A stretch of DNA of 64,000 nucleotides from Octopus vulgaris (Eukaryota): the NCBI GenBank assembly GCA_951406725.2, contig OX597843.1:18600001-18664000 (forward strand), written 5' to 3'. Shown one piece after another: positions 38,941-52,885 of this stretch; the first letter of the stretch is position 1, and each line of letters opens with the position of its first letter. Below the pieces are notes generated by a model. That model ran no database searches. It saw nothing but the letters and a program-made list of their open reading frames with translations, and had not been told where the DNA came from. Position numbers and translations under genes: made by a program.

Positions 38941-39949
38941 CTCTCCATAACGTAGAAAAGGTAGCTTATGAGGGAATGCTGTACCAAAAGTCTACCAAAA
39001 TATTCTGTTGTGGGATACGCTCGGCAACGAAGGGATATTTATCTAGAGTATATACATATATGCGTATGTGTGTGTAGGGAATGGCGTAGATACAATCCAG
39101 GCTACATAAGCTCCATAGCTAAGAGATCCACGGAAGTAGCATATTATCCTAACATGGGGTATACCACAACCTACTCTTCAGTCAAAGGATATCTTGATTA
39201 TGTGAAGTTTACATTCTCGTTAGAATCCCCGTGTAAACTCGTTGGGAATTTGATCAAAATGCAAAGAAAGGACAGTTCGGGAGGAAAACAGTTGTGTCGA
39301 AGGAAAATGCAAATAAAATACAAGAAATCCTATGTATAAGAATGAGAACGTTTGTTACTGATTAAGGAGTGTACGAAGACAAGGTTTGATATGGAAATTG
39401 GCTGGCGAGATGCTTTATGCAGGTATTCCGGGGTCATTCACGGGTCCGTTGTAGGATAGATAAGTCAACATATTGTAGCATTATATATAGCCATTTAAAA
39501 CAGAATTAAAGGGTGAAAATATAGGTGTAGTATTTGAAATGGATAGAGTGGTGTTTGAAGGAGAGGAAGGCGGAAGATAGTGTATTTACGTTGTAAAATA
39601 GTAGACCACGGTTTGCTCGTCGAGTTGGTAGAACTAATTTTGCTTTAAAATCTAAGGACAGCGCGTGAAGTGGGAGATAGTAGTAGTAGTAGCTTTCATC
39701 TGAGATTATTATGTAAGTGCGAATTAGTTCACACGCGCGTATATGGTGTGCGTCAGTAGAATCTAGTAGCTGTGTGCGCGTGCCTGTGTCCTTGTATATT
39801 ATCATATACTGAGGGATGTGTGTAGAGAGAGAAGAGTTAAGAAAATTTATGACGTATAAACGATAAGGAAAACAGGTTGGGAATTAAAAAATGAAAGAAT
39901 AAAATGTTTAGGAAATGTAAAGGTAGATAAACAGTTGTTTACTGCATAG

Positions 39950-41212
39950 ATATATGGAGCAGGATATCAGTTGAGGTGCAAGGGAGTTAGTTAGGGGATG
40001 ACACAGGGGTGGGTGGGGGATTGTTGTTATTTCTACTTAGAATATGAATTGCATAATTTGTGTCGAGAAGTAAATATTATGCTATCCCGTTCATTTAAAT
40101 AATCGGTGGATTGCATAATGGAGAAGACTTCACAATGCAGAAATCACACTTGTTATAGCCGATATAATGCTTAGCGTGGATGGCCATAAACCATTTCAGA
40201 TTACAGGAAATTGATTTATGTTGAAGTTTATGGATTAGTCGAGATAAACAGGTAATGTCAGACAATGCTTTGTCTTAAAGGGTCAGTGTTAGTAAGGAAG
40301 ATGAAATGTGTTCTAGTTTTGTGGATATGAGGCTGGGGGTTCGGGTGAGTTATTTTATTATGATAAAGGTTACTAATTGTATGTTTCAAAGTTTCTTATA
40401 TGTTAAGATTTCGGATTGGCCCAACAATTTCAGTGGTGGTGGAGTAGGAAAATGTTATAGATTGTGGGTTAAATATTTTGGCAAAGGGGCTGGACGTAGG
40501 GAGATGCTTCTCATGTATGGTGAAGAAGAGCATGGGTACAAGGGGTCGAGTATTAAGGAGGAAGGGATTTGAACCAGATAACTTAACACGTACTTCTTCG
40601 TTTATTTCGATTGAGGAGTTTATCGGAGTGTTTAAAGAATTTTGGAGGTCGACACGGGTGTAGATATCGGCGGGCAGCGACGGGGTTAGGGTCCAGGGTC
40701 AACGAGTGATGAGATTGCTTGTTAAGTCTTCTACTCCTTGAAAATTTGGGAGAGTAGTAGGACGGTGGGTTATGCGGGATATTTTTTGTTTTATCTGGAG
40801 GTCGGGTGTATTCTTGGTTCCAAGGTGAGTAGAGGGAGGCTTGTTCCACCTATGGGTATATTCGATCGAATTCTTATAACCGGCGTGTTGTAAGGCGCAA
40901 TTATAATATTCAATGATTTGTTCGAATATTTCCTTACTGGCGGACAGTGATGAATCCGTTTTGATACGATTTCTACGATAGAGTTTAAGACAACTGGCGT
41001 TGTGGTTGAGGGAAAAGTTGGCGTAGTTAAGGTCCTCCTTAAGTTTATGGCATGGGTAGAAAATTTGGCTTTGTAGATCTAGGGGGACATCTAGGAAATT
41101 AGAAGTTTTAAGGCTGTTACAAATTGTTATGCAGAGGCCCACCTTTTTAAAAAGATATCTTAGTCTTTTTCTAATCTGTTCGATTCGGCGGTTGCGAGAA
41201 TCCCGAATGTCT
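39950..41212 (-). mobile_element. Penelope-like element, 3' part (RT C-terminus, linker, decayed endonuclease region)
   Basis: RIEQIRKRL..FKK.GLCIT, NFLDVPLDL, YYNCALQHAGY, KIFNPQSITFSYS, CDFC; paralog of 61840-62425. Confidence 0.8.
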
Positions 41213-41437
41213 ATTGTTTTGCTTGTCCATCTTGTCTGTTTTCTTGCTATTTATATTACTTTTTCTTCATCACCGACTTCTTCGTTGTTATTATTGTTGT
41301 TGTTGTTGTTGTTGTTGTTGTTCTTCTTCTTCTTCTTCTTCTTCTTCTTCTTCTTCTTCTTCTTCTTCTTCTTCTTCTTCTTCTTCTTCTTCTTCTTCTT
41401 CTTCTTCTTCTTCTTCTTCTGCTTCTTCTTCTTATTA

Positions 41438-41499
<62 letters not shown>

Positions 41500-41512
41500 A
41501 TTATTATTATTT

Positions 41513-41567
<55 letters not shown>

Positions 41568-41586
41568 CATTATTATTATTATTATT

Positions 41587-43823
41587 CTATGTTTGACTTT
41601 TGCTTTATATTTGTACAAGTTGGCTCCAAGTCTCACCCAGAGACCTCAAGAGACAACAGGGTTGGAAGTTCATGTTGTTGTTATGCCTAGAGTGCCATAT
41701 ATTTGGGGGGTGGGGATGTTGTACTAATGAATGTCTAAAAAAAAGTTGTTTTTTTTTTTTAAACCGAAAATTATGTTTGTTTTAAACCTTGAGATTACAT
41801 AGAGAGTATTTTGCGTAGGATATGAGCAGTTCCCATGAGCACTATCTTTTGAACTTCTGCCATTTTTGGGTTTCCTGGTATCTGAGTTAGGTAGCTATCA
41901 GCCCCTTTTGCTATCATTCCCAGGGCACCTATGACAACAGGTATTGTTTTAGTCTTCAGCTTCCACATTTTGCTGATTTCTATTTCAAGATCTTTATATT
42001 TGCTCAGTTTTTGGTAGGTCTTGACAGATACGTTTATATCGATTGGGACAGTCATATCAATGAGGAGGCATGTTCTTTGTTTGAAGTCTTTCAATATGAT
42101 GTCTGGCCTATTTGCATCTATCTTCCTGTCAGTTTGAATGGTGAAGTTCCAGAGGAGTGAGATGTGGTCATTTTCAAGCACTGGGGGTGGTTTGTGTTCC
42201 CACCAGTTTTTTTCATGGGGCAAATCCAAGTTTTTACAGATTACCCAGTGAATATATTGTGCAGCTCTATCGTGCCTGTTGAGATACTCTGTAGGCGCTA
42301 GAAGACTGCACTTGGAGACCACATGGTCGATGGTTTCATTTTGTTGCTAGCATACACGACACGTTGGACTGCTTCTGATCATTAATATGTTGGCCTGGTA
42401 GTTTCTTGTTGGTAGGCATTGATCTTGAGCTGCTATGATAAACCCCTCTGTTTCAGATTTTAAGCCAGAGGCCATTAGCCATTGATGGGTCAGGGCTTTG
42501 TCGATATCTGCATTATTCGCTCTCTTTGGGTATTTGCCATAGAGAGGTTTTTCTTGCCATTTATTATTCAGAATATCTAAGGCCGCAGTTTTGGCACGGG
42601 TTTTCATGCGCCTAGGTTTTTCTGTGCATGTTTCTTGTATATCTATCTCTAATTCCGAAATTGGTTGTATTCGGAATTCACTTAGATATTCCTTTGCCTG
42701 TTTTGTGACTGAGTATGATGCTTTCTTGTTTTCATGTTTTGAGACAAGTTTTAACATCCAGTCCTCAGAGTTTTTCAGGTAGGTGTCTAGGCCAATTGTA
42801 GCAATCTTCATTGTTATTGCCAGTTGCAAAAGACCACGGCCTCCCTCTTTTCTTGGCAGATAGAGTCGTTCTGTATCTGCCTTAGGGTGGTGCATTCTAT
42901 GCATTGTCAACAGTTTCCTTATTTTTCTGTCGAGCTGACATATTTCAGTAATTGACCAGTTAACAATATTGAAACTGTAAGTCACGACTGGTATAGCTAA
43001 TGCATTGATCGCTTCGATCCTGTTTCTTGCATTCAGCTCTGTCTTGAGTATTGCTCTCACTCTTCGATAGCATTCTCTCCTGATCCTTTCCTTCATCTCT
43101 GAATGCCTTATTCCGTTCCCTTCAATTACCCCTAGGTACTTGTAGCTCTCCGCTGGGTCTAGTTCTTTTATGACATTCTATTGGTCAAGGTTAACGTTAG
43201 ATGTTTCTGTCATTTTTCCTTTGATAAAGGTAGCCTTTGCACATTTATCGAGGCCGAATTGCATTCTGATGTCGTCACTGAATTGTTTGACTATCGCTAG
43301 TAAGCCCTTGAGTTGTTGATCATTTTTTGCAAAAAGCTTTAAATCATCCATGTAAACGAGATGATTTATATTTTTATCAAACATTTTATACCCATACTGC
43401 GCGTCATTGAGCAGCTTTGAGAGAGGTATTAAGGATAAACAAAAGAGGAGTGGTGACAGTGAGTCACCCTGGAAGATGCCACACGAAATTTTTACTTCAC
43501 CAGCATTTAGGGATTCACTGTCACTGTTCAGAGTTAGTGTGGTTCTCCATGATCTCATACTTACAGTCAAGAAGTTTCGCAGAGTTGGTGCTATCTTATA
43601 CATTTCAAGGCATTTCCTAATCCAGCTATGTGGTAGGCTATCAAAAGCCTTTTTATAGTATATCCAGGCTATTGATAAGTTTTTGTGTCGTTTGTGACAA
43701 TCTTCTAAGATCATCTTATTGATGAGTAGTTGGTCTTTACAGCCGTAGGATCCACGTTTACATCCTTTCTGTTCATTAGGGAATATGCTGCTGTCTGTTA
43801 AAAAACTATAGGTATATTCCGTC
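41587..43823 (-). mobile_element. Young 5'-truncated R4/Dong-type retrotransposon flanked by (TAA)n
   Basis: One reading frame from about 43820 to 41795 with two in-frame stops: [49 protein letters not shown]; TAA tracts at 43824-43885 and 41432-41586. Confidence 0.96.
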
Positions 43824-43887
<64 letters not shown>

Positions 43888-44401
43888 CAACGAAATACAT
43901 TATAACCGAACCAAGTGAAACCGAGTTGATTGAGCAGAGTGCTTTTTGAAATGTCAACTGATGAGAAACATCTGCAAAGAAAGATGCACCGCGGCCATTC
44001 GACCATTATCTCATCCGTGAGGGGCGGATTGAAGACGGGTTGAAACGGCAGTAAGGATTAACGAATCTTGAAAAATCCATTTTCCATTTCCGTCATACGT
44101 GTGTGTGTGTGTGTATTGTGAGTGTGTGTGTGAGTGTGTGTGTGTGTATGTGTGTGTATTGTGAGTGTGTGTGTGAGTGTATGTGTGTGTGTGTGTGTGT
44201 TTCATACGCTTAGGCGATGGCACGGCTGTGTGATAAGAATTTTCCTTCTGTATTCAGTCCTTCTGCGTGTACTCTGGTCTCCACCCGAACAAACCCCTTT
44301 ATGTTGGTTAAGTGGGTAACTGAAGGAAACCCGTCGTATATATAAAGTTCCTGGACGAGCTATTTTTAATAAAAGTAACTTATATTACCTGAGCAATAAT
44401 A

Positions 44402-44885
44402 CTACTGCCCCACCTTTTCTGATACTTTTGGAATCCGGCCTGGACTTAGTTTAGCATAGGCGAGTCGAGGACCTCTTGATCTCGACGACGGCGTTAAATT
44501 CGCTCTTGATCTCGACCTCTGAGCTGATTTTTCATCTTGAGGAACAGTTGCAAGTCTGCAGGTGGTAAATCTGTTGAATAGGGCAGGTGCAAACTTACGA
44601 GTGAGGTGATAGGTGCATTGTTGTCGTGAAAAATTCCATACTTCGGGAATCACAGATCCGGTCATTTTCCCCGAACGTCCTCCCTGAAAAATCTCCCAAT
44701 GCACAATACCGAGGATGTCAGAAAAAAAATGATGAAGATGGTCTTGATTAAGCTGTGATTTTTTCGTGCGCCCGTTCACTCGAAACATTACATACGACCC
44801 ACTGTCTCAGCGCGCATAAAATCGTATGCAGCCATCAGTTGGCGCGCTATAGAACACGTTCGTGAAATTTTAAAATGACCTCGTA
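44402..44885 (-). mobile_element. Internally deleted mariner transposon relic
   Basis: 5' end TACGAGGTCATTTTAAAA; FFSDILGIVHWE, NNAP-like (HDNA) remnant, YSTDLPPADLQLFLKMKNQLRG (YSPDLAP motif); second TIR absent. Confidence 0.8.
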
Positions 44886-44887
44886 CA

Positions 44888-44931
<44 letters not shown>

Positions 44932-45014
44932 GGTCCCGGGTTGATTCGGGGTTAACCACAGTAAGTAAGGTACTCAATGCATAGCAGAGTAAAATTAATT
45001 TATTATATAGAAGG

Positions 45015-45065
45015 AGCTTCTACAGGACTAGTACTGTTTCATTCAAGAGAAATCTTCAGGAAGCT
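45015..45065 (-). ncRNA. Type I hammerhead ribozyme, left arm
   Basis: AGCTTC CTGAAGA TTTC tctt GAAT GAA ACAG tACTAGTc CTGT A^GAAGCT; U-U mismatch at the base of stem II. Confidence 0.78.
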
Positions 45066-45485
45066 ATTTAACAAGAATTGTATTAGCATTTATACATTTA
45101 GGCAGGTTTAAAGGAGTGGTGGTGGGGGACTTTTTGGGGGTAGGCATAGCGCAAAATATCATACTTGGGGGAGTGGTCAAGGAGTCATTGGTAAGTTAGA
45201 TGAAAGAATAGATAAATAAAAAAATAAATAAAAAAATAAATAAAAAATAAAAAAATAAAAAAATAAAATAAAAAAAATAAAAAAATAAAAAAAATAAAAA
45301 ATATAAAAATTTATATAAAAAATATATATATAAAATATATATATAAAAAAATATATATATAAAAAAAGGGGGGATAGAGTTATAGGTAAATAAGGAGATT
45401 CTCACTTATACCTATACACACATGTATACGTATCTACACACACATACATACATACACATATATATACACACACATATATATACAC

Positions 45486-45534
<49 letters not shown>

Positions 45535-46418
45535 CACACATACATACATATCTACATACTCACATACATACACCCGCCCACATATACAAATTTATACACA
45601 TGCACATGCCTATACCTGTCTACACATACACACACGTATATATGCATACACTCACTCCCATGCATGCACGCATACACACATGTATATATATATATATATA
45701 TATATATACCCACGACCACACATACATATATACACATAAAAATATATATTCATACGCACATACACTCATGCACACACAACACACCTAGTTCCCTATATAC
45801 ACATATTTACACCTATATATACACACATACACCCACATACACCTATGTACACATATATATATATAAACATATACACGCATACATATATATACATGTGTGC
45901 ACATACATACATACACACATATATACATACACATACACATACACATGTGTACCTATACATACCTACACATACACACATACATACATACAAATATACATAT
46001 ACATATATATATATACAATCCAATACAGGCCCATTCCCTAATTTTAATTTTATTATCTTCATTTATTACTTTTGTTATCTTTGATCGCTAGGGCTAAGAA
46101 TCCTGGCAATGGCTGCATGTCCATTTGTCTGTCTACTAGAAGGCAAGTACTCATTCCCGCACGCACACTCATTAGCACGTACATTCACCCATTCGTACAC
46201 TCATACACATACACGTACGCACGCGTTATATTCATACATACAAACATCTACATACGTTCACGTATATACACATACGTACTCGTACCTACAGATTCGTGTC
46301 TACACTTTAGGAGGCTAGTCTATACATATACACCAATAAATATACATATATATATATATATATATACCCGCATATACATACACACACACACATATATACT
46401 CCTACATACAGATACATA

Positions 46419-46459
<41 letters not shown>

Positions 46460-46952
46460 CATACACATACACACATACATTTACACACACATACATACAC
46501 ATATATATACATACACAAACATATATACACACACATATATATACATACACACATACACACATACATACGTATACATACATACATACATACATACATCCAT
46601 ACTTACATGCATTTATACGCATACACACACCCATCTATATATATGTATATATATATATATATATATACACACTCACACATACATATACAAATCTACGCAC
46701 ACACATACATACATACACGTATACGCATACACGCACATACACATATACATGCGTACCCATACACGTGCACACACGCACGCGCATCCATATATATACACAC
46801 ACACACATATATATACACGTGTGCAAGCATACATACATACTCATACGCGCACACATACTTACAAATACATATATGCACACACTTACACACATATATATAC
46901 ATACACATATACATGCATACATACATATATGCATACATACACACACGCACTC

Positions 46953-46985
<33 letters not shown>

Positions 46986-47056
46986 TATATACATGTATAT
47001 ATACATATATAGATATACATACACATACATACACATACACATACATACACACATAT

Positions 47057-47103
<47 letters not shown>

Positions 47104-47304
47104 TACATATATACACACATACATACATATACATACACACACACATACATATATACATATACACTGATACACATACCCATACATACACATGCATATACTT
47201 ATATCACTACATACTCACATATATAAACATATATACATATACACACATACATATATACATGTACATACACATACGCATGCATATATATACATATACATAT
47301 ATAT

Positions 47305-47351
<47 letters not shown>

Positions 47352-47619
47352 TACATATACACATATACATGTATACATACGCAAAAATGATACACATATA
47401 TACACATACACACACACAGACAGATGCATATACATACATATATATATATAAACAACATATCTATATAAATACATACATAATACACATATACACACACATA
47501 TATATATACATTCATGCATATACATATACAAGTATACATACACATACATACACACACACGCGCACACATACATATACACACACACATATATACATATACA
47601 AATACATACATACACACAT

Positions 47620-47652
<33 letters not shown>

Positions 47653-48023
47653 CATACATGTACACATATACATATGTATATATATATCAACAAGGGAGGG
47701 TAAAGTTAATTAGTTATTAATCAATTTCATCAAGTGTTCAGTATGTAAAGGGACCATTATTATTTTGAGTAAACAATGTTAGAGGGAAAAAAATTCTCTA
47801 AGTAGTGGAAGAGGCTAAAAAACTTTATTGGCTGCTATTTCTAGAAAGTTTAGTATGTGGCAAAGTAATTTATTTTATTTTCCTAAGCCCTAATTATATA
47901 ATATTTTATACATACATACACATACATAAGCACATACATTTACACATACATATGCATATACATATATACACATATACATACAAACACATATACACATATA
48001 CACACACACACACACATACAAGC

Positions 48024-48060
<37 letters not shown>

Positions 48061-49033
48061 TATATGCAAATATATATACATATATATATTTTTTTTTTTT
48101 TTTTATTTTTTTTTACATGCATACATACACACACACACACATAATACATGCGTATATTCCTACTGTACCCATGCATTTCTATACATATATACATACGTAC
48201 ATACGATACACATATACAAGCGTGCACATATAATATGTGAAAGGTCTTAGGAGAAAAGGTAATCGGGGGTGCTAGGGGAACAGTGGGGTTGGGGGGGGGT
48301 TGTAGGGGGGGGTTGTAGGGGGGGGGGGGTTGTAGGGGGGTTGTAGGGGGGGGGTTGTCATCAATCAGGTTGCCGGGTAGGTCTATAGTTCTTGTAGTTC
48401 GCATACTTCTTATGCATGCAATTTGGGGAGTGTTCTGAAAATTTGTTAAGGAGATGGATTCTTAGGATTCTTAGCCCTAGCGATCAAAGATAACAAAAGT
48501 AATTAATGAAGATAATAAAATTAAAATTAGGGAATGGGCCTGTATTGGATTGTATATATATATATGTATATGTATATTTGTATGTATGTATGTGTGTATG
48601 TGTAGGTATGTATAGGTACACATGTGTATGTGTATGTGTATGTATATATGTGTGTATGTATGTATGTGCACACATGTATATATATGTATGCGTGTATATG
48701 TTTATATATATATATGTGTACATAGGTGTATGTGGGTGTATGTGTGTATATATAGGTGTAAATATGTGTATATAGGGAACTAGGTGTGTTGTGTGTGCAT
48801 GAGTGTATGTGCGTATGAATATATATTTTTATGTGTATATATGTATGTGTGGTCGTGGGTATATATATATATATATATATATATACATGTGTGTATGCGT
48901 GCATGCATGGGAGTGAGTGTATGCATATATACGTGTGTGTATGTGTAGACAGGTATAGGCATGTGCATGTGTATAAATTTGTATATGTGGGCGGGTGTAT
49001 GTATGTGAGTATGTAGATATGTATGTATGTGTG

Positions 49034-49090
<57 letters not shown>

Positions 49091-49502
49091 GTGTGTGTAT
49101 ATATATGTGTATGTATGTATGTGTGTGTAGATACGTATACATGTGTGTATAGGTATAAGTGAGAATCTCCTTATTTACCTATAACTCTATCCCCCCTTTT
49201 TTTATATATATATTTTTTTATATATATATTTTATATATATATTTTATATATATATTTTTTATATAAATTTTTATATTTTTTATTTTTTTTATTTTTTTTA
49301 TTTTATTTTTTTATTTTTTTATTTTTTATTTATTTTTTTATTTATTTTTTTATTTATCTATTCTTTCATCTAACTTACCAATGACTCCTTGACCACCCCC
49401 CAAGTATGATATTTTGCGCTATGCCTACCCCCAAAAAGTCCCCCACCACCACTCCTTTAAACCTGCCTAAATGTATAAATGCTAATACAATTCTTGTTAA
49501 AT

Positions 49503-49553
49503 AGCTTCCTGAAGATTTCTCTTGAATGAAACAGTACTAGTCCTGTAGAAGCT
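49503..49553 (+). ncRNA. Type I hammerhead ribozyme, right arm
   Basis: Same motif on the plus strand; GUA cleavage triplet at 49545-49547. Confidence 0.78.
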
Positions 49554-49569
49554 CCTTCTATATAATAAA

Positions 49570-49610
<41 letters not shown>

Positions 49611-49639
49611 TCATAGATATGTATGCATTTCATACATAC

Positions 49640-49723
<84 letters not shown>

Positions 49724-50553
49724 TAACAAATATTCATACATGCATACATCTATCTCATATACATATATCTGCTTGTATTTGTGCATTTATATATATATAT
49801 AAATATATATCTATATCTATATTCTCTCTCTTCCTCTCTCTTTCTATTTATCTATCTATCTATCTGTCGTCTACGAGACAACCATACTGCCATTTAACCA
49901 CAGGAACACATCAGTTGATTTATTCAGTTCGCTTCGATATTCACTCGATATTTAGTGAAATCGGGAGATAACACCTGCTTCCCTAGCTCCAAGACTCTAC
50001 CCCACTGGTTACGATCTGTATTTGATCTCCTTGGAGGTGGGTAGTCGTCGCCAGGCATGTCAGGAGTTTACATCGATTGCAATATATAGAAAATAGTGTC
50101 ATTGATTGTGTAACTAGGACACTAATATGTTGGAAAATCTCTGTTCATGAAAGAAGCAGCATAAGACGCAAAAAAATCACTTTACAGAGGTTAAATATAT
50201 GTGATATATATATTCATGTATGTATTGAGACATTATACACATCAAATTACACATAAACACATGCCTATAGTTATGTACATATATGTGTGTGTGCGTGTGT
50301 TCGTAGTGCTTTGTTGTGTGTGTGTGTATATATGTGAGTGTGTGTGGGGGGGGAAATCATATTTAGAAAGGGAAATGTATGATATTATAATCTAATATAT
50401 TGTATATTGCTTTTGCATTACCGTGTCGCCTTAATGAAATTCCTCACACACATGCATACACTCACACTGACAAACACAAATACAAACACTCAGACTAAGC
50501 GATAAATTCATAGAGTGGAAAATTTTGCGTTGAGAAAATGAAAGACAAAGGCT

Positions 50554-50591
<38 letters not shown>

Positions 50592-50684
50592 GAAATCTTT
50601 TTTTGCTTCTGTCACAGTTTTTGAAATTTAGTATATTGATAAATTCCTTCACAATGAATCCGATTTTTTGACCCATGTATCTAC

Positions 50685-50757
<73 letters not shown>

Positions 50758-50807
50758 GTCAAATGCGATACAATAAAATTAATTATTATCGCTGGTGTTC
50801 TAGGACA

Positions 50808-51403
50808 CTAGCTTAAGGTGACCCGCTCTACGCGCGGGTAAGTGTGTGGTATATGTAAAATTGTATGCAAATATATATATATATATATATATATAAATAC
50901 AGATATATACACATTCTATATATATATTATATATACATATTTATATATAGAACACACACGCACACACATAAATTAACCCAATATATATCTGATTCATAAT
51001 ATTTGTTCTCATGATTGTGTGTCGGTGCTGGCGATGATAATTTTCTATATGAATGCAGACAGACGTAGAGAGAGAGAGAGAGTGAAAGCGCTGTCGAAGC
51101 GGCGGGGGAAGATAGTAGACGCTGCGAAACGACGTTATAGAGAGAAAGTGAAGGGAAGGAAGGAAAGAGAGTGACATGGAGGAAGACAGGCAGATAAGAG
51201 AATGAGAGGAGACTTGTCAAAGTGTTAATTTTTCGCCCTCGTAACCACACCTTTTAAGATCGGGATTTCTCACCTAGCCCACCCCCATCCTCACCTCATT
51301 TTACATGATCCTGTAAATTTTGGAGTCAATCCGACGAGATCTAGTGGCCTTTAACCCGTTCCAATGAAAATGAGACAAACTTTTCGCATTTCAGATTTAT
51401 AGA
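50808..51403 (-). mobile_element. Complete short non-autonomous Helitron (596 bp)
   Basis: A|TCTATAAATC 5' end at 51403; ACCCGC/GCGGGT hairpin at 50821-50839; CTAG|T at 50808. Confidence 0.8.
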
Positions 51404-51440
51404 TGTTGATATATATATACACACACACACATATATATAT

Positions 51441-51666
51441 GACGGTGAGCTGGCAGAAACGTTAGCACGCCGGGCGAAATGCTTTGCGGTTTTTCGTCTG
51501 TCGTTACGTTCTGGGTTCAAATTCCGCCGAGGTCGACTTTACCCTTCATCCTTTCGGGGTCGATAAATAAAGTACCAGTTTCGCACTGGGGTCGATGTAA
51601 TCGACTTACTCCCTTTGTATGTCCTTGTTTGTCCCCTCTATGTTTAGCCCCTTGTGGGTAGTAAAG

Positions 51667-51670
<4 letters not shown>
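51441..51670 (+). mobile_element. tRNA-derived SINE, second family
   Basis: TGGCAGAAACGTT A-box-like, GGTTCAAATTCC B-box, CCTTCATCCTTTCGGGGTCGATAAATAAAGTACCAG core, ends in (TA)n. Confidence 0.85.
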
Positions 51671-51710
<40 letters not shown>

Positions 51711-51741
51711 AATCAAAATAAGCAACAAGAATAACTTCGGA

Positions 51742-51831
51742 ATTTGGTACGATCGTTTCATGCTACATCATTTTATTAAATGTTATAAGTATTACAACAG
51801 TTTTAAAATGTTGAACAATCATCAGTCATTT
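51742..51831 (-). ncRNA. Type I hammerhead with partly decayed stem I
   Basis: Minus strand: CTGATGA, long imperfect stem II, GAAAC GATC GTA; palindromic ACGATCGT. Confidence 0.6.
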
Positions 51832-52260
51832 ATAGAGGTTTTCCATTAATACATAATTTCCGTAACAATTGATAACATTATAGAGAAGGTAGATATATAG
51901 ACAAGGATGTGGATTTAAATTTTAAGAACATTAAGGTAGTAGTGTTTATCAACTGACTGAAGAATATTCAGAATATTCAGTCGTTTTGAACTGCTAGAAG
52001 GTTTGGGAAGAATGATCAATTGAAAGGAGACAGGAAATATTTTCTATAATAGTAGTAAACGGCCTCTGTAGCATTACAACCCTTTCCCTCTACCCCAGTT
52101 TCTTTATATAGAACTTTGACACCTATTTCACCCCTATTTCTAGAAGTAGAAAATCTTCTCTATAATGTTATCAATTGATATGAAAATTATGTTTTAATGG
52201 AAAACCTCTATTAATGGCTGATGATTACTCAACATTTTAACACTGTTGTAATACTCATAA
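51783..52260. repeat. Inverted repeat, arms 51783-51888 and 52155-52260, (TA)n-flanked
   Basis: About 106-bp diverged arms; the right arm carries only the 5' half of the HHR. Confidence 0.88.
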
Positions 52261-52421
52261 TATTATATATGTATATATATATGTGTGTGTGTATATATAG
52301 TTAGTAAAAAGAAATAGAGAAGAAATAATATTGGCTATTATTTTTTACCTCAATGAAAAAGTAATACGTACAATATTTAAGATGTAAAGGAAGCGAATCA
52401 ACAAATGACATAAACATAAAG

Positions 52422-52473
52422 CAATCCTACAATTGTTTCAATCGTGCTGTTAGATTTCGATCATCAGCGTTTC
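52422..52473 (-). ncRNA. Decayed hammerhead-like motif
   Basis: CTGATGA TCG...CGATT GAAAC AATT GTA; stem I unpaired. Confidence 0.45.
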
Positions 52474-52577
52474 AGCGATGATAGATGTAAAATAACCCCG
52501 CATTATATGTCCGGATATCATCAGTGACAATGTTTACTTTCTGGCGGTGAACAACGAAATAACTAAGATGAAGACTG

Positions 52578-52667
<90 letters not shown>

Positions 52668-52701
52668 CTGCGTGTGTGTGTGTGTTTGTGCGTGTGTGTG
52701 T

Positions 52702-52792
52702 AGGCGCAGGAGTAGTTGTGCGGTAAGAAGTATGCCACCGAACCACATGGTTCCAGGTTAAGTCCCACTGCATGGCACCTTGGGCAAGTTTC
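52702..52792 (+). mobile_element. SINE head, same family as 11100
   Basis: GGCGCAGGAGTAGTTGTGCGGTAAGAAG...AGTCCCACTGCATGGCACCTTGGGCAAG. Confidence 0.8.
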
Positions 52793-52885
52793 TTTTGTAT
52801 GTTTTGTAGTATTTAATACATTTTACATTTATGGAATAACTGAACGTCACGTTTGCATATACATACATATGTAAATATAGGTATA

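Larger units (their letters stand above)
44998..49570. repeat. Large inverted duplication, arms 44998-46104 and 48464-49570 (about 1.1 kb), (TA)n-flanked
   Basis: Arms near-identical in reverse complement, including complex CA/TA tracts; spacer of about 2.36 kb is mostly CA/TA low-complexity sequence. Confidence 0.95.

Noticed and set aside
43950-43975. CTGATGAGAAAC
   Set aside because: No stem II and no GUH; the paralog reads GAAAT.
46072-47226. 384-aa ORF rich in H/T/Y/I
   Set aside because: Artefact of CA/TA dinucleotide repeats that happen to lack stops.
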